From assembly GCA_002376005.1 (NCBI GenBank), contig DFNJ01000033.1, positions 16,026-80,025 on the forward strand: a DNA stretch of 64,000 nucleotides, given 5' to 3'. This document shows, piece after piece, positions 38,690-47,264 of the stretch. Position 1 is the first letter of the stretch. Every line of letters begins with the position of its first letter. Source of the stretch: Firmicutes bacterium UBA3570. GTDB taxonomy: Bacteria; Bacillota; Sulfobacillia; UBA3561. The position numbers were made by a program, and so were the translations under genes. Under the pieces are notes generated by a model, which had not been told where the DNA came from, did not search any database, and was given only the letters and a program-made list of their open reading frames with translations.

Positions 38690-39114
38690 GGGAGGGGTGG
38701 CGCCCGAAGATCGTGGCCTTCTGCTGCAACTGGTGCAGCTACGCGGGGGCGGATCTGGCCGGCACCAGCCGGATACCCTACCCGGCGTCGGTACGCATCA
38801 TCCGGGTTCCCTGTTCGGGGCGGGTCAACCCGGTGTTCGTGGTCCGGGCCCTGCAACGGGGTGCCGACGGCGTCCTGGTGGCGGGGTGTCACCCCGGGGA
38901 CTGTCACTACAGCACGGGGAATCTGTACGCGCGGCGAAGGCTGCTGGTGACGCGGAGGTTGCTGGCTTACATGGGCATTGAACCGGAGCGGTTGCGGCTG
39001 TGCTGGGTGTCGGCGTCGGAGGGGGAGCGTTTCGCCAAAGTGATCGAGGAGATGACCGCCGTACTCGAAAAGCTGGGCCCGGTGCAGCAGCTGAGGGAGG
39101 AGGGACCACCTTGA
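38680..39114 (+). CDS. flxD: MvhD/FlxD 2Fe-2S subunit
   Basis: FCCNWCSYAGAD, RVPCSGRV, GCHPGDCHY, WVSASEG. Confidence 0.88.
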   Translation: MSVREGWRPKIVAFCCNWCSYAGADLAGTSRIPYPASVRIIRVPCSGRVNPVFVVRALQRGADGVLVAGCHPGDCHYSTGNLYARRRLLVTRRLLAYMGIEPERLRLCWVSASEGERFAKVIEEMTAVLEKLGPVQQLREEGPP

Positions 39115-40073
39115 GCTGGGCACTCCCCGCCGTGGATGCCCTGGCGGCCAGGCTGCTGGAGGATCGCCTGGTGGACGCGGTTCTGGGCTGGGCCCGTGAC
39201 CCGGACCTGCCCTGGCAGCGTTACCCTCATCGGGTGGACGAGCCTTCCCGGGTGGGGGAGCTGGTGTGGGATCCTTTCTGCGCTCCCGGGCTGGCCAAGC
39301 TGGTGTTCCGGATGACGGAGGGAGGTCTGAAGCTCGGGGTACTGGCTCGCGGGTGCGACGCCCTGGGGGTGTGGAGGCTGATTCACGACCGCCGCATAGC
39401 CCGCGAGAACGTCTATCTCCTGGGGTTGCCCTGCCCGGGAATGGCGGACGGCGTGCGGGTGTGGGAGGAATGCCCGGAGGCGTTTGACGCCGCCGGCTGG
39501 GAGGATCACGGATCGCACTGGGTGGCGGTCCCCACGGGGATTCGCCTGCCCAAGGAGCGTTTCCTGCTGGACAAATGCTTGCAGTGTCAGGTGAGATGGC
39601 CGCGGCAGTGCGATGAGGTCCTTGCCGTCCAGGGGGGTAGCTGGAATCCGTTCTGCGAGGATCGCTATCGCCAGGTGCGCCAGCTGGAAGAGCTGCCCCT
39701 GCCCCAGCGATTCGATTTCTGGCGGGGCTGGTTCGAGAGGTGCCTCCGCTGCTTTGCCTGCCGCCAGGTCTGCCCTGCCTGCAATTGCGAGTCGTGTTCG
39801 CTGGATCAGTTCGAGCCCAACTGGCTGGAGCGGGAGGTGGGGGTGGCCACCCAGTTCATCTTCCACTTCACCCGGGCGTTGCACGTTGCCGGTCGGTGCG
39901 TGGACTGCGGGGAGTGCCAGCGGGCCTGCCCGGTGGGTTTTCCGCTTGGCGCCCTCAACCGCAAGATGATGAAGGATATGGAGGATCTGTTCGGGGTACG
40001 GGAACCCTTCGTGCCGCAGGAGAGCGAACCCCTGGGCGAGTTCGCGCTGGATGATCCCGACGAGTTCAGGTAG
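39111..40073 (+). CDS. flxC: FlxC-like 4Fe-4S dicluster protein (FdhB/FrhB-like N-terminus)
   Basis: ARGCD, CLRCFACRQVCPACNCESC, HVAGRCVDCGECQRACP. Confidence 0.75.
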   Translation: MSWALPAVDALAARLLEDRLVDAVLGWARDPDLPWQRYPHRVDEPSRVGELVWDPFCAPGLAKLVFRMTEGGLKLGVLARGCDALGVWRLIHDRRIARENVYLLGLPCPGMADGVRVWEECPEAFDAAGWEDHGSHWVAVPTGIRLPKERFLLDKCLQCQVRWPRQCDEVLAVQGGSWNPFCEDRYRQVRQLEELPLPQRFDFWRGWFERCLRCFACRQVCPACNCESCSLDQFEPNWLEREVGVATQFIFHFTRALHVAGRCVDCGECQRACPVGFPLGALNRKMMKDMEDLFGVREPFVPQESEPLGEFALDDPDEFR

Positions 40074-40080
40074 CGAGGCG

Positions 40081-41088
40081 ATGGCAGTGAAGCTGGTCCG
40101 CGGAAGCGACATGCTGCGGTGGCTACGACGTTGCGGGGAGGGAAGGCGGTGGGTGGTGCCCGCGAAGGAGGATCGCCACTGGCTGTTCGCGGAGCGCGAC
40201 GGGCCGGTGGTGTTTCCGCCCGACTACCGCAACGCCACCGTCGGCCCCAAGGGCTGGCTTCTGCCTCGCAGCGAGCCCATACTGTACTACCGGTGGACGG
40301 GCGGGCGGGTGTCAGTCACCCCGGCCCAAGGGTGGCGGCCGCAGGTGATCTACGGGGTGAGACCGTGCGATCTCAAGGCAATAGCCCTCTTGGATTCCAT
40401 CATGGCCTCCGAGCCCTGGCCGGAGACCCAGTACCTGACGCGGAGGGCGCACACCGTGCTGGTGGGAATGGCCTGCACGGCGGCCTCCAGCTGCTGTTTC
40501 TGCACCAGCATGGGAGTGCATCCGGCGGAATCCTACGCCGCCGACCTGATGATCTATCCCCTCCAGGGGGAGGAGTACGGGGTGGCCGCTTTCTCGGAAG
40601 TGGGGCGGGAATGGCTGGCCCAGCTGGAGGGCGAGGAAGCCGATGCTGCTTTCAGCCCCGCCGTCCCTGCCTTAAGTCTGCCGATGCCCACCTCCCTGGA
40701 AGATCTGCCGGGATGGTTGGAGCGGCGGTTCGATGACCCGGGCTGGCAGCGTCTGGCGTGGCGCTGCCTCAGCTGTGGATTGTGCGCCTACTTGTGCCCC
40801 ACCTGTTACTGCTACGGCATCTCAGATGTGGACCGAGGCGGAGCCGGGCGCCGCGTCAGATGGTGGGATGCCTGCACCCTGCCTGATTTCTCGCGGATGG
40901 CGGGAGGCCATGATCCGCGTCCCACCACCACTGAGAGGGTCCGCCAGCGCATTATGCACAAGCTGGCGTACCACCCTGCACGGCAGGGGGAGATCCTCTG
41001 TACTGGTTGCGGGCGCTGCATCGAGTATTGTCCGATGGGCATTCACCTGCCCGCGGCGCTGCGCCTCCTGGGAGGTGACGGAAGATGA
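40081..41088 (+). CDS. flxB: FlxB-like (AsrA-type) 4Fe-4S protein
   Basis: GVRPCD, CCFCTS, CLSCGLCAYLCPTCYC, WDAC, RQRIMHK, CTGCGRCIEYCP. Confidence 0.8.
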   Translation: MAVKLVRGSDMLRWLRRCGEGRRWVVPAKEDRHWLFAERDGPVVFPPDYRNATVGPKGWLLPRSEPILYYRWTGGRVSVTPAQGWRPQVIYGVRPCDLKAIALLDSIMASEPWPETQYLTRRAHTVLVGMACTAASSCCFCTSMGVHPAESYAADLMIYPLQGEEYGVAAFSEVGREWLAQLEGEEADAAFSPAVPALSLPMPTSLEDLPGWLERRFDDPGWQRLAWRCLSCGLCAYLCPTCYCYGISDVDRGGAGRRVRWWDACTLPDFSRMAGGHDPRPTTTERVRQRIMHKLAYHPARQGEILCTGCGRCIEYCPMGIHLPAALRLLGGDGR

Positions 41089-41915
41089 ATCCTGCTCCCC
41101 TGGTCCCGGCGGTGGGGGAAGTGGTGGAGGTGAGACCGGAGACTGCCTCCGGCGACATCAAGACCCTCCGGGTCAGGCTCCCCGAAGAGGATCGCTTTTC
41201 GTTCCGACCTGGGCAGTGCGCCATGCTGTCGGTATTCGGGGTGGGAGAGTGCATGATCTCCATTTCTTCTCCTCCCACCCGCCCTGAGGAGCTGGAGTTC
41301 AGCGTGAAACGGGTGGGTAGGGTGACGGCGGCCCTGCACGAGCTGGAACCCGGAGAGTGCATCGGGATACGCGGCCCCTACGGCAACGGGTTCCCAGTGG
41401 AAGAGCTGCGGGGCAAGGGACTGCTGGTGGTGGCGGGGGGGATCGGCCTGGCTCCGTTGCGTTCCCTGGTGAACTACGTGGTGGACCGCCGGGAGGAGTA
41501 CGGGCCAATGCGGATCGTTTACGGCGCCCGCACCCCCCAGGACCTCTGTTTCAAGGAGGAGATATTTCGGTCCTGGCCTGGTGTGCCGCAGGTGGAGGTT
41601 CACCTGACGGTGGACCAGGGTGACGAGGAATGGACGGGCCCGGTGGGGTTGGTGCCCTCATTTCTGGAGGAGCTGGCACCTTCCCCGGAAGGTGTGGTGG
41701 CGCTGACCTGCGGTCCCCCGATCATGATAAAGTTTGTTTTGGAAGCGCTGCAAAACCTGGGGTTTGACGACCACCAGGTGCTCACCACGCTGGAGCTCAA
41801 GATGCAGTGCGGCATCGGCAAATGCGGACGCTGCAACATCGGTTCACGTTATGTTTGCGTCGACGGTCCGGTTTTCAGCCTGAAGGAGCTGCGGCAGATG
41901 CCCGCCGAGTATTAG
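41085..41915 (+). CDS. flxA: FlxA-like (AsrB/PyrK-type) FAD/NAD(P)H oxidoreductase
   Basis: PGQ, RGPYGNGF, GGIGLAP, CGPPIM, MQCGIGKCGRC...VCVDGPVF. Confidence 0.85.
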   Translation: MNPAPLVPAVGEVVEVRPETASGDIKTLRVRLPEEDRFSFRPGQCAMLSVFGVGECMISISSPPTRPEELEFSVKRVGRVTAALHELEPGECIGIRGPYGNGFPVEELRGKGLLVVAGGIGLAPLRSLVNYVVDRREEYGPMRIVYGARTPQDLCFKEEIFRSWPGVPQVEVHLTVDQGDEEWTGPVGLVPSFLEELAPSPEGVVALTCGPPIMIKFVLEALQNLGFDDHQVLTTLELKMQCGIGKCGRCNIGSRYVCVDGPVFSLKELRQMPAEY

Positions 41916-41954
41916 GAGGGCTGTGGGCTGAAGGAGATATGGCAGCCAGTCGGC

Positions 41955-42881
41955 ATGGAAATGGAGATGGTGGAGGCACTGCTCCGCGGGGTGGCCAGCC
42001 GCCCGGGGCCGGTGGCCCGGCTGGCCAGCTACGTGCTGGAATCGAGGGGAAAGCGCATCCGCCCCGCCCTGGTGCTGCTTTGCGCTTCGCTGGGCGGAGG
42101 CCCGGCGGCTCCCGCGCTTCGCGCGGCGGTGGCCGTGGAGCTGATCCACACCGCCAGCCTGCTGCATGATGATGTCATCGACCGCTCAGACCTGCGCCGG
42201 GGGGTACCCACGGTGTACCACCGCTGGGGGGCGAAAGCCTCGGTTCTGCTGGGCGATTATCTCCTCACCCGGGCCCTGGAGCTCCTGCTGGAATACCAGC
42301 ACCAGGTGCACCTGGGCTGCCTGTTGCGGGCGGTACGGGCCATGACCGAAGGCGAACTGCGGCAGGCAGTGGACGGGAGTCCGACCAGCGAGCGCCAGTA
42401 CCTGCGCATGGTCGCGCAGAAGACCGCCGGGTTCATGGGGGCGTGCTGCCACCTGGGGGCGAGTATCGGGGGGCTGGAGAGTACCGCCTGCCGGGTGCTG
42501 TACCGGTTCGGTTTCCGTCTGGGGGTGGCTTTTCAAATCCGGGACGACCTTCTGGATCTCGAAGGTAATGCTGAAGATCTCGGCAAGCCGGTGGGGGCGG
42601 ACAGCGTGGCGGGTTACTTCACCCTGCCTCTGATATTTGCCCTGCAGCGCCGGCGAGCTCATCCGGTGATTCGCCGGCTGCTCCAGGAGGAGGCACTGAC
42701 CACCTGTCCCCGGGAGGTGCTGCGGAGGGCTCTGACGGAGGTGGGAGCGGTACAGTACGCCAGGAACCGCGCCCTGACCATGGCCAGGAAGGCGGTAAGG
42801 GACTTGCGCCAGTTGCCGCCGGGGCAGGTGAGGCAGACGCTGGAAAAGTTGGCCTGGTTCGCGGTAGAACGCGCTCGGTGA
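41955..42881 (+). CDS. Polyprenyl synthetase (heptaprenyl diphosphate synthase component II-like)
   Basis: GKRIRP, FARM LLHDDVID....RRG, GDYL, KTA, SARM FQIRDDLLD, GKP.G.D. Confidence 0.9.
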   Translation: MEMEMVEALLRGVASRPGPVARLASYVLESRGKRIRPALVLLCASLGGGPAAPALRAAVAVELIHTASLLHDDVIDRSDLRRGVPTVYHRWGAKASVLLGDYLLTRALELLLEYQHQVHLGCLLRAVRAMTEGELRQAVDGSPTSERQYLRMVAQKTAGFMGACCHLGASIGGLESTACRVLYRFGFRLGVAFQIRDDLLDLEGNAEDLGKPVGADSVAGYFTLPLIFALQRRRAHPVIRRLLQEEALTTCPREVLRRALTEVGAVQYARNRALTMARKAVRDLRQLPPGQVRQTLEKLAWFAVERAR

Positions 42882-42891
42882 GGGATGTGGG

Positions 42892-43611
42892 GTGAGGGGG
42901 TCGAGGAGGATACCGGGGGTGGCAGTGCGGCGCCTGCCCATCTACCTCCGGGCGCTTCACGAGCTGCTGGACGAAGACGTCCAGATAGTTTCCTCCCATG
43001 AGCTGGCGGAGCGCACCGGGCTGTCTCCCGAGCAGATCCGCAAGGATCTGGCCTACTTCGGTGCCTTCGGGCGGCGCGGCGTGGGTTACGAGACCAGAAT
43101 CCTGGCCTCCGCCATCAGGGATATCCTGGGATTGAATCGGGAGCTGAGGGTGGCCCTGGTGGGAGCGGGAAACCTGGGGACCGCGCTGGCACGCTACACT
43201 GCCGACCGGCATCACGGGGTCAGGGTGGTGGCCATCTTCGACAGTGACCCCCACAAGGTGGGGACGCGCATCGCCGGGGTTGTGGTGCAGCCCCTGGATC
43301 AGATGGTGGACACCCTGCGACAGCGGCAGATCAGGATGGCCATCGTGGCGGTGCCGGCAACCCAGGCCCGGCGGGTCATAGACATGTTAGCGGAGGCCGG
43401 CGTGCAGGGGGTGCTCAATTTCGCCCCCACCAAGGTGAGGGCACCGCGCGGGATGCGCATTCACCACGTGGACGTGACTCTGGAGCTGCAGAGCCTGGCC
43501 TTCTGGGTGACCGCGGAAGGAGAAGTGAGCGGGAGCAGCTCTGGTGGCGAGCCCTCCTCGTGGCAGGTCCGACAGTGCCGGGCCGAGAAGGAATACCCAC
43601 CCCGGCAGTGA
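42892..43611 (+). CDS. rex: Redox-sensing transcriptional repressor Rex
   Basis: RRLPIY, SSHELA, QIRKDLAYFG.FG.RGVGY, VGAGNLG, LNFAP. Confidence 0.96.
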   Translation: MRGSRRIPGVAVRRLPIYLRALHELLDEDVQIVSSHELAERTGLSPEQIRKDLAYFGAFGRRGVGYETRILASAIRDILGLNRELRVALVGAGNLGTALARYTADRHHGVRVVAIFDSDPHKVGTRIAGVVVQPLDQMVDTLRQRQIRMAIVAVPATQARRVIDMLAEAGVQGVLNFAPTKVRAPRGMRIHHVDVTLELQSLAFWVTAEGEVSGSSSGGEPSSWQVRQCRAEKEYPPRQ

Positions 43612-43639
43612 CCTGACCGGGGATGGCCGGAGGAGATCC

Positions 43640-44452
43640 ATGCTAGATCAGATACGGTACCTGACTCCAATCGAAGCTCTGGTGGCGCTGGTGGACATCG
43701 CCATCGTTTCTTACGTGCTTTATCGCTTCTTCATGCTCATCCGTGGCACCCGCGCCATACAGTTGCTCAAAGGCATAGTGGTGCTGCTCATCGCCACCAC
43801 CGTGAGTGGTTGGCTCCAGCTTTATACCATCCACTGGCTGCTGGAGAAGGTCCAGCTGGCGCTGGTGGTGGCGCTGCCCATAGTATTCCAGCCCGAGCTG
43901 CGTCGGGCCCTGGAGCAGATCGGCAGGGGGGGATTCTTCGTCCGCGGCCTTTCCGCTCTGGGACGGGAGGACGTCAGTCGGCTGATTGGTGAACTCACCC
44001 GGGCGGCGGAGCTGATGTCTCGCCATCGGGTGGGGGCCCTGATGGTGGTGGAGCGGGAGACTGGTCTGTCGGAGTACACCGAGACGGGGATCAAAGTGGA
44101 TGCCCTGGTGTCGGCGGAATTCCTGTACAACGTATTCGTGCCCAACGCACCGTTGCACGACGGGGCGGTCATCATCCGGGGCAACCGGGTGCTGGCGGCG
44201 GCCTGTTTTCTGCCCCTGTCGGAGGCTCCCGACCTGAGCAAGGACCTGGGGGGCAGGCACCGGGCGGCCATCGGGATCACCGAACTGTCGGACGCGGTGG
44301 CGGTGGTAATTTCGGAGGAGACGGGCAGTATCTCGCTGGCCAACGACGGCAAGCTGATACGCAATTTGGATCCCAAGACCCTGCAGGAAATGCTCACCGC
44401 TTTATGTGAACCCAAGGCGCGGGCTTTGCGGCCCTGGTGGGGGCGTGGATGA
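43640..44452 (+). CDS. cdaA: Diadenylate cyclase CdaA
   Basis: Three TMs, FQPELRRALE, PLHDGA, RHRAA.G, SEETG. Confidence 0.96.
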   Translation: MLDQIRYLTPIEALVALVDIAIVSYVLYRFFMLIRGTRAIQLLKGIVVLLIATTVSGWLQLYTIHWLLEKVQLALVVALPIVFQPELRRALEQIGRGGFFVRGLSALGREDVSRLIGELTRAAELMSRHRVGALMVVERETGLSEYTETGIKVDALVSAEFLYNVFVPNAPLHDGAVIIRGNRVLAAACFLPLSEAPDLSKDLGGRHRAAIGITELSDAVAVVISEETGSISLANDGKLIRNLDPKTLQEMLTALCEPKARALRPWWGRG

Positions 44453-45657
44453 GAGCGATGGAGCGTTGGCTGGAGCGCAACCTGGCGGTGAAAGTACTGT
44501 CAGTGTTCCTGGCCCTGGTGCTCTGGTTCCAGGTCATGCGCGAGGAGAATCCGGTGGTGCAGGAGACTTTCGAAGAAGTTCCGCTGCGCCCGGAAGGACT
44601 GGGCGCGGGTTTGGTGATCCTGGACCAGCAGCCACGCCTGGTGAGCCTGAAGGTGCAGGGACAGGCCAGGGTGGTGCGTAAGATGACCACTGCTCAGCTG
44701 AAGGCCACCGTGGAGCTGTCCGAGCTGGGACCAGGCGTACATTGGGTGCCGGTGAAAGTGGAGATGCCCCGGGGGGTTGAGCTGGTACAGGTCTCGCCGG
44801 CGGAGGTCATGTTGCAGATAGACCGCCTGGTGCAGCAGAACCTCCCGGTACAGGTCCGCCTGGAAGGGAAAGTGCACGAAGATTTTCGCCACCAGGACCC
44901 CCGCGTGCATCCGGAAGTGGTGATGATCTCGGGCCCCGCCAGCCTGGTGGAGGCGGTGGCGTCGGTGTGGGTGCGGGTCAGCCTCCAGGGGGCCCGCGAG
45001 GACCTCAGCGTGCAGGTGGAGGTGCGGCCACTGGACGAGACGGGCCGCGAGGTGGCGGGGGTGCACGTGGAACCGAAGGCGGTGACGGTGGAGATCCCGG
45101 TGGTGCCGCTGCCGCCGGCCAAGATGGTCACCGTGCAGCCGGTGCTGGTGGGTCAGCCTGCACCGGGCTATGAAGTGAGCTCGGTGGCGTGTCAACCCGC
45201 GCGGGTGAAAGTGCGGGCGCCGCAAGATCGGTTGGCGAGGATAGGTGCGGCGTATACCGAGGCCATATCCGTGGCCGGCCGGAGCGAGGACCTGGTGCGC
45301 ACGGTGCGGGTGATCATGCCGGAAGGCGCTACCCACCTGGAGCCCACCACGGTGAGGGTGACGGTGCAGATCGCGGAGAAGAGGGAGCGGCTCACCTTCG
45401 AGGACATTCCGGTGAGGCTGCGGAATGTGGCGGCTGGGCTCAGGTGGCAGATCTTGCCGCCGGAGGTTTCGGTGACGGTGGAGGGCAGATCAGCCGCCGT
45501 GCAGGCCATAGATCCCCTGGACGTGGAAGCGTACGTGGACGTGGCCAATCTGGGGCCCGGCCGGTACCAGCTGACGGTCAGCGTCTCCCCCCTGGAAGGG
45601 GTGGAGATCGAGGAAGTGCTGCCCGACCAGGTGACGGTGATCCTGGAGCCTCGTTAG
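44449..45657 (+). CDS. cdaR: CdaR (YbbR-repeat) regulator
   Basis: N-terminal TM (K.LS..LA..LW), repeated YbbR domains, located between cdaA and glmM. Confidence 0.9.
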   Translation: MRAMERWLERNLAVKVLSVFLALVLWFQVMREENPVVQETFEEVPLRPEGLGAGLVILDQQPRLVSLKVQGQARVVRKMTTAQLKATVELSELGPGVHWVPVKVEMPRGVELVQVSPAEVMLQIDRLVQQNLPVQVRLEGKVHEDFRHQDPRVHPEVVMISGPASLVEAVASVWVRVSLQGAREDLSVQVEVRPLDETGREVAGVHVEPKAVTVEIPVVPLPPAKMVTVQPVLVGQPAPGYEVSSVACQPARVKVRAPQDRLARIGAAYTEAISVAGRSEDLVRTVRVIMPEGATHLEPTTVRVTVQIAEKRERLTFEDIPVRLRNVAAGLRWQILPPEVSVTVEGRSAAVQAIDPLDVEAYVDVANLGPGRYQLTVSVSPLEGVEIEEVLPDQVTVILEPR

Positions 45658-45694
45658 GCGTGCTCAATATTACCCGCATAGGCTGGTAGGGGGA

Positions 45695-47044
45695 ATGGAG
45701 AGGCAGATGCGGCTGTTTGGTACCGACGGCGTGCGCGGGGTGGCCAATGGCGAGTTGACGCCGGAGCTGGCCTTGCGGGTGGCCGAGGCGGCGGCCACGG
45801 TACTGGCGCGTGGAGGCAAGAGGCTACAGGTACTGGTGGGGCGGGATACCCGCTGGTCCGGGGGCATGTTGGAGGCGGCGGTCACCGCCGGGTTATGCGC
45901 GGCGGGAGCCCACGTGGTGAAGGTGGGGGTGGTCACCACCCCCGGGGTGGCCTACCTGGTGCGTGCCCTGGGGTTTGACGCCGGGGTGGTAATCTCCGCC
46001 TCCCACAATCCCTCCGAGTACAACGGCATCAAGTTCTTCGATGGCTCGGGGAAGAAGCTTCCCCAGGAGGTCGAGCGGGAAATTGAGGGGATTGCCCTGT
46101 GCCAAGGCTCGGGCCGCCAGCGGCCATGCGGGTCGGGGATAGGCCTGGTGGTCGCCGATGACGCTGTGGCCAGGCGGTACTGGGAGTTCCTGAGGGGCGC
46201 GGTTCCGGTGGATCTCACCGGGGTGAAAATGGTGGTGGACTGTGCGAATGGGGCTTGCAGCCGGTACGCTCCCTCCCTTTTCTCGTCCCTGGGGGCAGAG
46301 GTGGTGGCTACGTCTGACCGGCCGGACGGGCTGAACATCAACCACCGGTGTGGTTCCACCCACCCGGAAGTGGTGGCGCAGCGGGTGATTGAGCACGGTG
46401 CCCACGTGGGTCTGAGCTTCGACGGAGACGGCGACCGGGTCATCCTGGCGGATGAGAAGGGCAATCTCCTGGACGGCGACTGCCTGCTGGGGGTGATGGC
46501 CTGGGCCTGGCGGGAGGAAGGGAAGCTGAGCGCCGACGCGGTGGTGGGCACCGTCATGTCCAACCTGGGGCTGGAAATTTTCCTGCGAGGAATGGGCGTA
46601 ACTTTAGTGCGAAGCGCGGTGGGAGACCGCTACGTGCTGGAAGAAATGGAGAGACGTGGCTGCCCGCTGGGAGGGGAGCAGTCGGGACACGTGATCCTGA
46701 GGCCCCTGATGCCCACGGGTGACGGGATGCTAACCGGCCTGGAGGTCTTGCGCATCTGGCGACAGCGCGGAAGACCCATTTCCGAGCTGGGGCGCATGGT
46801 GCCCCGGCTGCCCCAGGTGCTGGTGAACGTGCCGGTGAACAGGAAGGATGCCTGGCAACAGAGCGACCGGATCATGGCCATGCTGGAGGAGGTGAGGCGG
46901 AAACTCGGTGATGAGGGAAGAGTGCTGGTGAGGGCCTCGGGCACGGAACCAGTGGTGCGAGTGATGGTTGAGGGTCCTGACCGGGAGGAGGTTGCCCGCC
47001 TCGCGCGGGAACTGGCTAGGGTGGTCGGTGAAGAGCTGGCCTGA
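45695..47044 (+). CDS. glmM: Phosphoglucosamine mutase
   Basis: LFGTDGVRG, SASHNP, FDGDGDR, VMSNLG, GGEQSGH, RASGTEP. Confidence 0.96.
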   Translation: MERQMRLFGTDGVRGVANGELTPELALRVAEAAATVLARGGKRLQVLVGRDTRWSGGMLEAAVTAGLCAAGAHVVKVGVVTTPGVAYLVRALGFDAGVVISASHNPSEYNGIKFFDGSGKKLPQEVEREIEGIALCQGSGRQRPCGSGIGLVVADDAVARRYWEFLRGAVPVDLTGVKMVVDCANGACSRYAPSLFSSLGAEVVATSDRPDGLNINHRCGSTHPEVVAQRVIEHGAHVGLSFDGDGDRVILADEKGNLLDGDCLLGVMAWAWREEGKLSADAVVGTVMSNLGLEIFLRGMGVTLVRSAVGDRYVLEEMERRGCPLGGEQSGHVILRPLMPTGDGMLTGLEVLRIWRQRGRPISELGRMVPRLPQVLVNVPVNRKDAWQQSDRIMAMLEEVRRKLGDEGRVLVRASGTEPVVRVMVEGPDREEVARLARELARVVGEELA

Positions 47045-47049
47045 TATCG

Positions 47050-47199
47050 TGCGCTAGCGCCTGAACTCGCCAGGTGGCGAGTTGACGAGGTTGGGGTTCA
47101 TCGAGTTGTTCGGCGGATGCCCCACGGTCTTCCCCACGACCGTCAGCGGCCTGACAAAACCCGGGGGTGACCTCGGGGACAAAGGGGCCAGGTGGGGTT
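47050..47199 (+). ncRNA. glmS ribozyme (GlcN6P-activated self-cleaving riboswitch)
   Basis: A^GCGCCTGAACT core at 47056, P1 AACTCGC/GCGAGTT, GTTGACGAGG, GGGGTTCATCGAG, TTCGGCGGATGCCCC, P3 CGGTC/GACCG, ACAAAAC; directly upstream of glmS. Confidence 0.95.
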
Positions 47200-47264
47200 G
47201 CCTCCCGCACGGGACCGATGAGGGCCCTCATGGTGACAACTTTCGGGAAGGGAGGCTTCTTTTG

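Noticed and set aside
36713-39114. Selenocysteine in HdrA or MvhD/FlxD
   Set aside because: No in-frame TGA; all motif positions are Cys
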